A stretch of DNA of 64,000 nt, from the NCBI GenBank assembly GCA_963844035.1, contig CAWJMT010000005.1, forward strand, positions 96,001 through 160,000. The letters are read 5' to 3'. Origin of the DNA: an uncultured Gemmatimonadales bacterium. GTDB lineage: Bacteria > Gemmatimonadota > Gemmatimonadetes > Gemmatimonadales > GWC2-71-9. Under the pieces are notes generated by a model. That model was not told the DNA's origin. It did no database searches and was given only the letters and a program-made list of their open reading frames with translations. Shown piece by piece: positions 11,382 through 22,128 of the stretch (positions are counted from its first letter, which is position 1; each line of letters opens with the position of its first letter). The position numbers and the translations under genes are program-made.

Positions 11382-11646
11382 TTGCCGAGGAGGTACTGGG
11401 TGCCATGGAGAGTCATTGCACACGGTGACCAGGTATGGCATGTGGACGCGATCGCGGAGCGTCCAGCCAACACGGTCGCGTGGCAGCTGGCCCTGTCGTT
11501 CCGGGCAGCGGCTGAACGGTCGCGTGGACGCGCCTTTTGGACGCGCTACCCGCTCGAGGCGACATCCAAGACCTCTTTGTTCATCCAGGCCGAGCGGATA
11601 CCGAATACAGCCTTGTCCGAAACTCCTGGCCCAGCGGTTGGCGTGA
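11382..11646 (+). CDS. Hypothetical protein (one extra base near 11621)
   Basis: TTG start; removing one A gives ...ALSELLAQRLA-TGA directly before the next ATG. Confidence 0.55.
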
Positions 11647-11651
11647 GCGCC

Positions 11652-11891
11652 ATGGGGCTGAAGGACTTGCGCCGCATGGTGGCTGCAGTGGCCCGGTTGC
11701 GCGGTGAGGCGGTGCGGGACGTGACGGTGCGATCTGATGCCCGGCACCTCAAGATGGATCTCGAGAGCGGGCGCATCCTCGTCGTCTCGGCGGAGCAGGA
11801 CGAGCAGGGACGTCCGCGCCTCGCGGTGGACGTTGTCGACGCGCCGCAGGACGCGTCGGCCAGGCAGCAGATCGAAGTGCGCTTCGACTAG
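11652..11891 (+). CDS. Hypothetical protein, 79 aa
   Basis: ATG 5 nt after upstream stop; stop overlaps the next GTG. Confidence 0.6.
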   Translation: MGLKDLRRMVAAVARLRGEAVRDVTVRSDARHLKMDLESGRILVVSAEQDEQGRPRLAVDVVDAPQDASARQQIEVRFD

Positions 11892-12325
11892 TGACCCCCA
11901 CGGATTCGTCTGGGGGAGGGGCCCAGCTCCCGGAACGTCTGCGGTTCGAGGACTTCACGTTCGAGCGGCTGACGAACGGCCGCTGTCGTGCCCGCGTGGT
12001 CCTGTCCTGGTCGGATGGACGGCAGTTCACCGGTGAGTCCGAGGGCGTGATCTCGCAGGCAGGGGAACTGCGCTGCTCGGCCGAGGCGGTGGTCCGGGCA
12101 CTTGAGCGGGTGGTGCACCCGAAGTTGGGTTTCGAGGTGCTCGGCGTGAAAGCGGTAAAGGCATTCGATGCTACGGTTGTTATCGTGTCTATCTCGGCCC
12201 GGACAGAGACAGCGGTGTCACGGCTCGTGGGCTCGTACCTCACGGAAACAGACCCACCACAGGGAGCGGCATTGGCAGTGTTGAACGCGACGAACCGAAT
12301 GCTCGGGAACTACTACTTCCGATGA
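11891..12325 (+). CDS. Hypothetical protein resembling a stand-alone LeuA allosteric/dimerisation domain
   Basis: beta-beta-alpha repeats, FTGESEG...AEAVVRALE and C-terminal GAALAVLNATNR; coupled to both neighbours. Confidence 0.55.
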   Translation: MTPTDSSGGGAQLPERLRFEDFTFERLTNGRCRARVVLSWSDGRQFTGESEGVISQAGELRCSAEAVVRALERVVHPKLGFEVLGVKAVKAFDATVVIVSISARTETAVSRLVGSYLTETDPPQGAALAVLNATNRMLGNYYFR

Positions 12326-13863
12326 GCCGCCCCACGATCTCATCCGGAGCGGTCGGTGCGATGCCGGCAATGCTTGCGATGTTGCTTGCGATCGCGGGGT
12401 GCGGCGGGGCCCGGGGTCCCGCGAGCACGGCCGCGGTTCCCGCCGCCAAGAGCGGCCCAATCGTCCCCACCGAGCAAGACTCGGCTGCCGATCAGGCCCT
12501 GCTGGACACGCTGCACCGTCGCGTGCCCGCCAAGTCCGACACGGCCCGTGGTACTCCGCCGGTTGCCCCCAAGGGCGAGGAGGTGGAGCGTGAGGCCGTG
12601 CGCCTCTTTGGGCCCGAGGAAGGGCGGGCGGCGGTTGGAGCGGCGGAGCCCACGTTCGATATCGATGTCACCACGTTCTCGGCGAACCGCCGCGTCCTCG
12701 AGTACATGGAGTTCTTCCAGGTGGACGCCCGCGATCGCTTCGCGATCTGGCTCACGCGGCTCGGGCGCTACGAGGGGATGATCCGCGAGCGCCTGCGCGC
12801 GAAGCGTTTGCCCGAGGATCTCGTCTACCTCACGCTGGTGGAGAGCGGCCTGTCGAACACGGCAGTCAGCAGGGCGCGGGCGGTGGGCATGTGGCAATTC
12901 ATGGCCAGCACGGGACGGCTGTATGGCCTCACTATCGATCCATGGGTAGATGAGCGCCGGGACCCGTTCCGCGCCACGCAGGCGGCTGTCAACCACCTGG
13001 CCGACCTGCGCGACCGTCTGGGGGGTAGCGTGTACCTCGCGGCGGCTGCCTACAACGCCGGTGTGGGCCGCGTCGAGCGGTCCTTGAACCGTCTGCCGGG
13101 TGAGCCGGACTCGGTCACCGACAACACCTTCTTTCAGCTGGCCGATCGGCGCTACCTGCGGCGCGAGACGCGCGACTACGTCCCCAAGCTGATCGCGGCC
13201 TCCCTCATCGCGAAGCAGCCGGCGCGCTACGGGTTCGAGGATATCCAGCTGCTGTCCCCCCTGGTGTTCGACGAAGTGTCCATCCCGGACGCCACGGGCC
13301 TGGACGTTCTCGCGCGCCTGGCTGACACGACGGTCGATGCGTTCCTCGAGCTCAATCCGCAGTTCGTTCGCGGCATCACGCCCCCCGGTCGATCGGTGAC
13401 CGTGCGCGTGCCGCGTGGTCGCGGCACCCTGGTCGCGGCGCGTTTCGACACCTTGCCCGTGACCGATCGCATCACGTTCGTGGATCACTACGTGTCGCGT
13501 GGGCAGACGCTCACGGATATCGCGCACCGCTACAAAGTCACCGTCGCGATGCTGCAGAGCGCGAACCCCCGGGTGAAATCGCGTGCTCTGCGGGTGGGAG
13601 ACCGCATCATCGTGCCGATGAGCGGCCGCATCGTCCCTGCGTCTGCCTGGTCCGTGCCTCCGGAGCCGCGGATGCGCAGATCGCGGCCATCGGCGCGCGG
13701 TGGGCCGGTGGGCGCCAACGCGCATCGCGTGGGGGCGGGCGAAACGATGAGCGAAATCGCGCGGCGCTATTCGGTGTCGCTAGCTGAACTGCTCGACTAC
13801 AACGACATGACGATGAAGTCGATTGTTCGGGCGGGCCAAGTCGTGAAGATTCCACCCCGGTAG
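12322..13863 (+). CDS. mltD: MltD-like lytic transglycosylase lipoprotein with two LysM domains
   Basis: IAGC lipobox; LVESGL, AVGMWQFM, AAYNAG, ETRDYVPK; LysM repeats HYVSRGQTL and HRVGAGETM. Confidence 0.9.
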   Translation: MSRPTISSGAVGAMPAMLAMLLAIAGCGGARGPASTAAVPAAKSGPIVPTEQDSAADQALLDTLHRRVPAKSDTARGTPPVAPKGEEVEREAVRLFGPEEGRAAVGAAEPTFDIDVTTFSANRRVLEYMEFFQVDARDRFAIWLTRLGRYEGMIRERLRAKRLPEDLVYLTLVESGLSNTAVSRARAVGMWQFMASTGRLYGLTIDPWVDERRDPFRATQAAVNHLADLRDRLGGSVYLAAAAYNAGVGRVERSLNRLPGEPDSVTDNTFFQLADRRYLRRETRDYVPKLIAASLIAKQPARYGFEDIQLLSPLVFDEVSIPDATGLDVLARLADTTVDAFLELNPQFVRGITPPGRSVTVRVPRGRGTLVAARFDTLPVTDRITFVDHYVSRGQTLTDIAHRYKVTVAMLQSANPRVKSRALRVGDRIIVPMSGRIVPASAWSVPPEPRMRRSRPSARGGPVGANAHRVGAGETMSEIARRYSVSLAELLDYNDMTMKSIVRAGQVVKIPPR

Positions 13864-13905
13864 CGCGTCGTTGGCGGTATCACACCGCGAGGTCTAGAAA
13901 ACAAT

Positions 13906-13933
13906 GGAGGGGCGCGACACGTCGCGCCCCTCC
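13906..13933. terminator. Bidirectional intrinsic terminator
   Basis: GGAGGGGCGCGA-CACG-TCGCGCCCCTCC between convergent genes, A-rich upstream and T-rich downstream. Confidence 0.8.
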
Positions 13934-13961
13934 GTCTGTTTCGGCCACCAGGAGCTCGCCG

Positions 13962-14606
13962 TTACCGCTTGTATCCCCTCAGGACCGCGGTCGAGTAGCC
14001 GTTCTGCGGGTCCTGGCCGGCGTCGAGCAGCTCCTGCACGCGGCCTGGTCCACGATTGTAGGCGAGCAGCGCGAGACGCAGGTTGCCGTCGTAGCGCTCC
14101 AGCAGGTCGCGGAGGTAGCGGAACCCGAGGCGCAGATTCGTGGAGCGATCAAAAATCTGCTTGTTCGTCAGCCCCGGCTCATACAGCCGAGCCGTGCTGG
14201 GAAGCACCTGGGTGAAGCCGAGCGCGCCTGCCTTGCTCTTCGCCATCTGGGTAAAGCCGGACTCGGTCCGCACCAGGCGGAAGGCGAGGCCGGGGTCCAC
14301 CCCCTCGGACAGCGCCACGTCGTAGATCGCGGCGGCTAAGTCAGCGGCGATGCTGTAATGGGTGGAGTAGTCGATGATGGCGTTGGCCCGCTCGAGCTGC
14401 AAGCGCGCAACCGCGAGTTCACCGCGCGTGGCCTCGAGCGACTGCGACAGGGCGCGCAGCTCACCGAGCAGCACGGGCGCCGTGACGGCGGTCGGCTGAT
14501 CGTCGGCAGTTGCACGCCGCGCCCACCCTCCAATGCTGCTGATCACCAGGGCGCCGAAGAGGATGAAACTTCCCTGCAGCACCAATCGCTGTGTCTTTGT
14601 CTTCAT
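13962..14606 (-). CDS. SLT-domain lytic transglycosylase
   Basis: N-terminal TM and coiled coil; VRTESGF, GALGFTQV, ALLAYNRG. Confidence 0.9.
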   Translation of the reverse strand: MKTKTQRLVLQGSFILFGALVISSIGGWARRATADDQPTAVTAPVLLGELRALSQSLEATRGELAVARLQLERANAIIDYSTHYSIAADLAAAIYDVALSEGVDPGLAFRLVRTESGFTQMAKSKAGALGFTQVLPSTARLYEPGLTNKQIFDRSTNLRLGFRYLRDLLERYDGNLRLALLAYNRGPGRVQELLDAGQDPQNGYSTAVLRGYKR

Positions 14607-14673
14607 CGCTTGCTCCTAGTCAAAAGGCGTCGTCACACCGGCACGACGTTACGGCACCACCGTCAACCCTCGG

Positions 14674-15730
14674 TCAACGGGGCCCTGCACTCGACCACAG
14701 GTCCTCAACCAGAACGGCGGTGAGGAGCTGCGGGTTCACGTTGCCCTGTGCCAGTTCGCGAGCGTCCAGCACTCGCGCCATGGCGGCAACCACTGCCTGG
14801 GTCTCGCGTCCGGACCGTGCCTCGCTCCGCAGCCGCTCCAGCAGATCGTCCAACAGCGCGGTGAAAGCTCCGCGCGCTTGAAACGGTGGCTGCCCCAAGG
14901 CGAGGGCGTACCGGTCCGCGGGGGACCGACGTGCAGCCGCTAATACTGCATCTACTGCCGATCCCGCAGAACGGTCCATATCTTCCGCAAGGAGCCTGCC
15001 AATACTTCCCTCGGAATACGTAACTCGTTGCTCTAGAACGCGTTGATCAGTAATGCCAAGCTCCACGCTGCGCGAATTGTGTCACGACACTATCAGGCAG
15101 TCTCCCCACCCTAATCCGCACGACGCGAGAGAGGACGGTCGGCAGCAGGGCCTCCGGCTCGGAACTGGTGAGCACGATCACCGTGTCCGCCGGGGGCTCC
15201 TCGAGCGCCTTCAACAGGGCGTTCGCCGCCTCAGGGTTGGCTGCCTGGACGGCCAGCCGCTCAGCGTCTCCCACCACGAACACCTTGCGCCGGGCCATTG
15301 CCGGGGTGAGCCGCAGCCGGCGCGAAAGGAGCCGTGCGGAAGCGATCCCGTGACTCGCGAGTCCAGACGCCGGCTGATAGAGGGGCTGGTCGCGGCGGGC
15401 CGCCATCTCCTCGCCAAGGGCCGCCTCGGCGAGGTCCACCTGCTTGTCGGCGTCCGCCCCTTTGCGCGCCAGCTCAATCGGCACGAGCCAGTGCACGTCC
15501 GGGTGTGACAGGGACAGGACCAGCTTGCAGGGCTGGCATGACCCACACGGCTCGATCGCACCCTGGGCGTCCTGACAGAGGGTGGCCTGGGCGAGCCAGA
15601 GGGCGAGCCGTTGCTTACCCACCCCGCGTGGGCCCTCGAACAGGAGGGCTTGGGGAAGGCGGCCGGAAGCAATGGCCCCGGCTAGGCGACGGCGTAGCCC
15701 CTCGTGGCCGTACAGCGGGCGCAGAGGCAT
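14674..15730 (-). CDS. holB: DNA polymerase III subunit delta' (frameshift near 15060)
   Basis: LLFEGPRGVGK, PCGSCQPC, HPDV, AANALLKALEEP, LLPTVLSR; C-terminal NVNPQL. Confidence 0.88.
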
Positions 15731-15833
15731 GGCGGGAATGTAGCCGGGTCCCGGTGTTGGCCAGGGGTGGTGTCCCGTAACAGGCTGTGCATCTAGGCAG
15801 TTAGCGGTTTCGGCAGGGACTTGCGCCAACCTA

Positions 15834-15881
15834 TAGACATTAGTAGCAACGCATTATAATTAAAAGTGAGCACACACTCAC
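15834..15881 (+). promoter_or_regulatory. AT-rich promoter-like region with perfect TATAAT and GTGAG-N6-CTCAC palindrome
   Basis: TAGACA 15834-39, TATAAT 15855-60 (15-nt spacer), palindrome 15866-15881. Confidence 0.4.
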
Positions 15882-16099
15882 AATCCTCGTGCTCAACCGG
15901 GCGCCACTTCGGCACGCCCGAGGCCTATTTCTCAACGTCGCGCACCGGTGGTGCTGCGTAACCGCAACACCTGTAGCGCATTACACAACATGTGACCTCG
16001 GGCACGAAAGGGCCGTACCTGGCGCGATGGCACTTGGCTGGGTGTGGTGCAATGTTGTGGCGCTTCCACAACCAGCTAGGGGTTTTGACCAACGTCCGT

Positions 16100-18922
16100 A
16101 TGAGGCTTGTTCGGGCCGTCGAAGACTTCTCCCTGGAGCAACCCCGGGCTGAGGAGACGCTTCGCGCGACCGCTCGCCAGCAGGCGGCCGTGGCGCATTT
16201 GAGCCAGCAAGCCCTGGGCGGCGCGCTCGTGCCCGCACTCATGGATGAGGCGGTTGCCATCGTCGCCCGCGCGCTGGACGTGGAGTTCGTGGGGCTCTTC
16301 GAGTTCCGACCGGAGAGCCGTTCGTTGCTGCTGCGGGCGGGCGTCGGCTGGTCGGATGGGTGCGTGGGTCGCACCGTGGTCCCCGCCGACGGCGACCACC
16401 ACGGCGGCTACGCCCTCCGGTCCGCCACCCCCGTGGTCGTGGAAGATCTCGCCTCCGACCGGCGGTTCGGGTCGGCCCAGCTGCTCGTCGATCACGACAT
16501 CGTGAGCGGCGTGACCGTCGTCATTCAGGGGAAGGACCGCCCCTTCGGCATCATCGGCGCTCACACCCCGCGCCGGCGGGAGTTCACGGTGCACGATGCC
16601 CACTGCATTCAAGCCGTCGCCCACGTCCTCGCCACGGCGATCGATCGCGCCCGCACGGAGGAGGCGCTCCGCAAGAGCGAGGAGCATTTCCGGTCGCTGA
16701 TCGACAATGCGTCGGACATCGTCACCATTCTCGGTGAGGACGGGATCTTCCGCTACGCGAGTCCGTCCGTCCAGCGCCTCCTGGGGTACGCGCCGAGCGA
16801 GCTGCTCGAGCGCAACGTGTTCGAGCTGCTGCACCCCGACGACCTTCCCGTGGTGGCGGATGCGCTCGCCCGCGCGTTGGGAGAGCCGGGCACCCCGCAG
16901 TCAGCCGAGTTCCGCTTTCGTCACCGGGACGGCTCGTGGCGGGTCCTGGAGTCGGTCGGCCAGGCGCGTGTGGGGCAGTCAGGCGCCTTCAAGTTCGTGG
17001 TCAACTCGCGCGACGTCACCGAGCGTCGCGCACAGGAGCGTGCGTTGCGGGCGAGCAAGGAACGGCTCCGGACGGTGGTCGCCGGCGCGCCGCTCGTGCT
17101 CTTCTCCCTGGACCTGCAGGGGGTGTTCACGCTGGCGGAGGGCCGCGGTCTCGACGCGCTCGGGGTGCGGCCCGCGCAGCTGGTGGGCCAGTCTGCGTTC
17201 CAAGTGTACGCGGATATGCCCCAGGCTCTGACCGATGTGCGGCGCGCCCTCGCCGGCGAAGCGTGTTCGTCGACGGTCGAAGTGTTTGGCGTGGTGTTCG
17301 AGGTGTGGTACTCGCCGATCCGCGATGCGGCGGGTGCGGTCACAGGTGTGATCGGCGTTGCCAACGATATCACCGAGCGGCGCCGGGTCGAGGAGGCGCT
17401 GCGTCAATCCGAGGAGAGCAGCCGCGCGCTGGTAGCGAACGCGACCTACGGAATCTTCCGCGCCACTCCGGCGGGGCGGTTCCTCGCTGTGAATCCCGCC
17501 CTCGCCAGGATGCTTGGTTACGCCTCGGAGGCCGAGTTGATGACGCTCGAGCTGGGCCGGGATGTGTACGTCGACTCCGCGGCGCGCGATCGAGTAGTGG
17601 AGCGCGGCCCGACGGACGCTCCTCACAAGGATCACGAAGTGGAATGGAAGCGCAAAGACGGCGCGCGCATCCTGGTCCGGTTGTCCGGGCGGGCGGTGCG
17701 AGGGTCCGACGGCGCGGTCGAGAGCTACGAAATGATGGCCGAGGACATCACGGAGCGCCGCGCCCTTGAAGACCAGTTGCGCCAGTCTCAGAAAATCGAA
17801 GCACTGGGGCAGCTCACGGGCGGGATCGCACACGACTTCAACAACCTGCTGACGATCATCCTCGCGAATGCCGAGCTGGTCCGCAAAGCGCTGGGCCCGG
17901 AGTTTCTAGACCAGCAGGCCGACCTGCGGGACCTGATATCGGCAGCGTTGCGTGGCCGGGTGATGATTCGCGAGCTGCTCGGGTTTGCCCGACGCTCGAG
18001 CCTGGACCTCGAGGTGCTCGACCTGAACGACGTGGTCTCGACGCTGTCCGGCATGCTGCGCCGCATCGTCCCGGCCGACATCGAAATCGTCGTCGCCAAC
18101 AGTGAGGAGACCCCCGAGTTCCGAGCGGATCTGCACGCGGTGGAGCAAGTCCTCTTCAACCTGGCGACCAACGCCCGCGATGCGATGCCAGCAGGGGGCG
18201 TGCTCCGGATCGAGACGCGCTGCGGTGTGCCGAGCGAGGAACAGCGGATCGCTGCCGGCGTGCGCCCCGCGTCGCTCTGGACCTGCCTTGCGGTCGAAGA
18301 CACCGGCGTGGGGATGGACGATGCCACGCGGCGACGCGTGTTCGAGCCATTCTTCACAACGAAGTCCAGCGGCAAAGGGACCGGCCTGGGGATGGCCACC
18401 GTGTACGGGCTCGTCAAACAGCATGGGGGCGTCATCGAGGTGGACAGCGCTCCAGGGCTTGGAACGCGGATTCGCGTGTACTTCCCGGCCGTGGCGGCCA
18501 CGACCCCCGCGGTGGGCGACGAACCAGTGGGGAGCCGTGACGTCCGCGGCGGGAACGAGACGATTCTCATCGTCGAGGACGAAAGCGATCTGCGGCGCGT
18601 GGCGAAGCGGATACTGGAACAGGCAGGGTACCACGTGCTCACCGCCGCCGACGGGCAAGAGGCGCTCGAATTGCTGCGGCGGCCACCGGCCACCATCCAC
18701 CTCGTGCTATCGGACCTGGTGATGCCGCGCCTGGGCGGCCGGGGTCTCTTCGATGCCGTGCGCCGCGACGGGAACACCACCCCGTTCCTGTTCGCGAGCG
18801 GATACTCACCGGGCGACGACCGGGGCGGCCTGCCGCCGGAAGCGAGTGTGCCGTTGCTCTACAAGCCGTGGACTCACGACGACGTTCTCACGCGGGTGCG
18901 GGAGCTGCTCGACCGCGCCTGA
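16100..18922 (+). CDS. Hybrid histidine kinase GAF-PAS-PAS-PAS-HisKA-HATPase-REC
   Basis: GGIAHDFNNLL H-box, NLATNARDAM, DTGVGM, GTGLGM, receiver ILIVED...SDLVMP. Confidence 0.95.
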   Translation: MRLVRAVEDFSLEQPRAEETLRATARQQAAVAHLSQQALGGALVPALMDEAVAIVARALDVEFVGLFEFRPESRSLLLRAGVGWSDGCVGRTVVPADGDHHGGYALRSATPVVVEDLASDRRFGSAQLLVDHDIVSGVTVVIQGKDRPFGIIGAHTPRRREFTVHDAHCIQAVAHVLATAIDRARTEEALRKSEEHFRSLIDNASDIVTILGEDGIFRYASPSVQRLLGYAPSELLERNVFELLHPDDLPVVADALARALGEPGTPQSAEFRFRHRDGSWRVLESVGQARVGQSGAFKFVVNSRDVTERRAQERALRASKERLRTVVAGAPLVLFSLDLQGVFTLAEGRGLDALGVRPAQLVGQSAFQVYADMPQALTDVRRALAGEACSSTVEVFGVVFEVWYSPIRDAAGAVTGVIGVANDITERRRVEEALRQSEESSRALVANATYGIFRATPAGRFLAVNPALARMLGYASEAELMTLELGRDVYVDSAARDRVVERGPTDAPHKDHEVEWKRKDGARILVRLSGRAVRGSDGAVESYEMMAEDITERRALEDQLRQSQKIEALGQLTGGIAHDFNNLLTIILANAELVRKALGPEFLDQQADLRDLISAALRGRVMIRELLGFARRSSLDLEVLDLNDVVSTLSGMLRRIVPADIEIVVANSEETPEFRADLHAVEQVLFNLATNARDAMPAGGVLRIETRCGVPSEEQRIAAGVRPASLWTCLAVEDTGVGMDDATRRRVFEPFFTTKSSGKGTGLGMATVYGLVKQHGGVIEVDSAPGLGTRIRVYFPAVAATTPAVGDEPVGSRDVRGGNETILIVEDESDLRRVAKRILEQAGYHVLTAADGQEALELLRRPPATIHLVLSDLVMPRLGGRGLFDAVRRDGNTTPFLFASGYSPGDDRGGLPPEASVPLLYKPWTHDDVLTRVRELLDRA

Positions 18923-18940
18923 GTCCGCTGCCCGGGGCCG

Positions 18941-21251
18941 CTAGCCCACGTCCCTGACGTCCTCCCGGTCCAGTACCTCTCGCACCTTGCGCACCAGCGC
19001 GTCCGGACTGAACGGCTTCTGCACGTACGTGACTCCGTGTTCGAGCACCCCGTGGCGCGTGATGGCATCGTCGGTGTAGCCGGACATGTAGATGGTGCGC
19101 ATGTCCGGCCGCAGGACGGTAAGACGCAGCGCGAGCGTACGACCGCTCATTCCGGGCATGATGACATCCGTAAGCAGCAGGTGGATCCGGCCGGAATGGC
19201 GTTGTGCCACATCCAGCGCCGCCTCCCCGCTCGGAGCCTCGAGCACCGTATAGCCGTGGCGCTGCAAAGCCTGGCGGGCGACAGCGCGCACGGCCGCTTC
19301 ATCCTCTGCCAGCAGCACGGTTTCGGTCCCATCCATCGCCGCGGGTTGGGCCGGCGCGGTCGACGCACGCCGCTCGGGCACCTGTTGGACGCGCGGCAGG
19401 TAGATCTTGAACGTCGTGCCGCGGCCCGGTTCGGAGTACACCCAGATGTAGCCGGCGCTCTGCTTGACGATACCGTACACGGTGGCAAGGCCGAGCCCGG
19501 TGCCCTGGCCCTTCGCCTTGGTCGTGAAGAACGGCTCGAACATGTGGGTTTGGGTCTCCGGGCTCATTCCGGTCCCGGTGTCGCTCACCGAGAGCATGAC
19601 ATATGAGCCGGGAAGGGCGGGGAAGTGCTCAGCGGCGTACGCATCGTCCATCTCGACGTTCGCGGTTTCAATCGTGAGCTTGCCGCCCTGCGGCATGGCA
19701 TCCCGCGCGTTGACGGCCAGGTTCAGGATCACCTGCTCGATCTGGCTCGGGTCGGTCTTCACGGCTCCGAGGTCTGATGCGAGCGCGGTGGCGAGCTGGA
19801 TGTCTTCTCCCAGCAGCCGCCCCAACATGCTCTCGGTCTCGCCCACGAGGGCGTTCAGGTCGAGGACGGTGGGCTGGAGCACCTGCTGGCGGCTGAACGC
19901 GAGCAGCTGGCGGGTGAGCCCGGCGGCGCGGTCGGCGGCCTTGCGAATCTCTTCCACATCCTCCCGGTGCCGCCCTGTCGGGTCCAGGTCATCGAGCAGC
20001 AGCTGGGCGTAGCCGGTGATCGCGGTGAGGATGTTGTTGAAGTCGTGCGCCACGCCGGCCGCGAGCCGGCCCACCGCTTCCATCTTCTGCGCCTGCCGCA
20101 GCTGCTGTTCGAGGCTCAAGCGATCGGTGACGTCGCGGGCGATGCCCAGTACGCCCACCAGGCGACCGTCGCGGAACTGTGGGGTCGCCGCGAATTCTCC
20201 CATGCGGTAGTCGCCCTTGCGCGTGTGGATGCGCAGCTGGCTGACCCGTCCGGTCTCGCCCCGCACGGCCCGCTCGACGAACTCGAACAAGAGCGCCAGA
20301 TCGTCAGGGTGGACGAGCGGCTCGAACGGCTTTCCGAGCCACTCGTGCGGGGGCCACCCCGTCACGCGCTCGAACGCCGGGTTCAGCGACGTGACGGTCC
20401 CGTCCGGCCCCAGCGCGAACACGATGTCGCGTACGCCTTCGATCAGCGCGTGATAGCGCGTTTCCGATTCCCGCAACGCCAGCTCTGCGCGCTTGCGCTC
20501 CGTGATGTCGCGCACGATGCCCAGGATCCGGCCGTCCTCGAGGCGCTTCAGGCTGACTTCCACCAGGATTTCGGTGCCGTCCTTGCGCCGCATCCGCCGT
20601 TCCGCACCGACGTCGTCCCCGGCCGCGAGGGCGGCGAGACGTTGTGCCGCCGCCAGGCGGTCTTCCGTGGGATAGGTGTCGGCCATGTCCAGCCCCAGCA
20701 ACTCCTCGAGGGGATATCCGGTCAGGTCGCATGCCTTGCGATTGGCGTCGATCAGGTGGCCCGTCGAATCCGCGATGAGGATCGCGTCGGCCGCCTGTTC
20801 GATGAGCGCGCGGTACTTGGTTTCGCTGTGCTGCAGCGCTTCGCGGGCGCGCGCCTGCTCGTCCCGGGCGCGGCGCAGATCCAGGGCCCGGCGCACCGCC
20901 GATGGGAGGCGATGCAGGTTGGATTTGAGGACATAGTCCGCCGCTCCCGCCTTGATGTAGTCGGCCGCGGCCTCCTCGCTGAGGTGACCGGTGACGACGA
21001 TCACGGGCGTGTTCGGGGCATCGCGTCGCACGATGCGCAGGGTATAGTGGCCGCTGAACTCGGAGAGGGAGTGATCGGAGAGCACCACATCGGGCGCGAA
21101 CTCGGCGAGGGCCCTGACGAGGCCTGCCTCGGAGTCCACCCGCAACACGTCTGCCGCAATGCCTGCGCGGCGCAGAGACTGCCGTCAACAACTCGGCGTC
21201 GGTCGGGGCTTCCTCGACCAGAAGAACACGAGGCGAGAGCGGGGCCGTCAT
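18941..21251 (-). CDS. Hybrid histidine kinase REC-PAS-PAS-HisKA-HATPase-REC (5' frameshift)
   Basis: MTAPLSPRVLLVEE then PDVVLSDH; AHDFNN; NLAVNARDAM; LLLTDVIMP. Confidence 0.92.
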
Positions 21252-21399
21252 GTGCTCACCTTATTGCACGACGTCATGACGACGACGAGGGGATGGTTTC
21301 GGTTACGGACGCCCCCTCCTGATCGTTCACGTCCAGACGGTATCGCTCGCCCCAGGGGAGCGCCACTCGGGGAAACCCCTAGGCCCCCAGCCCGGCGGC

Positions 21400-21989
21400 T
21401 CAGGATTCCTGGGAGATGAGCCCGACCCGTCAACGCGTAACGGACCAGTCCAGCGAGGTCGTGGATGGCGAGGCGGCTCATGACCGCGGCTCGGTGGGTT
21501 TCGACGGTTTTGACGCTGAGCGTGAGGCGCCGCGCGATGTCACGGGTGGTGAGACCTTCGGCCATCAGGCGGAGCACGTCGATTTGGCGGGGCGTCAACC
21601 GGCGCAGCGGTCCCCGCACCGACTGCGCGGCGGCAATCGCGGGGCCGAGCCGCGTCAGGTGCTCCTTGAGGAGGTAGTCGTCCACGCCGGCCTTGAGCGT
21701 ATCGACGGCCGCCTCGCTCGTCGAGCGTGTTGGTAACGACGATGATCGGTGTTGCGGGCCGTTCGGCGCGCGCCGCCCGCAGGGCGGCCATGGCGTCGTA
21801 GCGCGCCAGGCCGTGGTCGAACAGGATGATGTCGGGTTCGAAACTCCGCAACGCGTGGACAAACGCGCCTTCCGTGTCTACGCGCTGGGTGACACAGCCG
21901 ATCCCGGCCCGCTCGAGCTCGTGGGTGATCAGCTCGGCGTCCGCGGCACTGTCTTCCAGGAGCAGTATGCGAAGCGGTGGCTCAGCCAT
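21400..21989 (-). CDS. NarL/LuxR-family response regulator (frameshifted)
   Basis: RILLLEDS...PDIILFDH receiver; LTPRQIDVLRLMAEG...SVKTVETHR HTH. Confidence 0.9.
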
Positions 21990-22128
21990 GGGCCGACCCC
22001 GGCCCTCGAAACGCTGCTCGCGCGGTGCGTGAGCGAGGGGGGCGACGTCGGTCGGCGGTCGAGGACGGTGATCCGTCCGGTGAAGCACCGGGCATCACGC
22101 CGTAGATATCCCCGGCCTGGGGAGGCGC

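Noticed and set aside
15819..15850. dif or oriC
   Set aside because: Only one arm resembles dif; no clear DnaA boxes.
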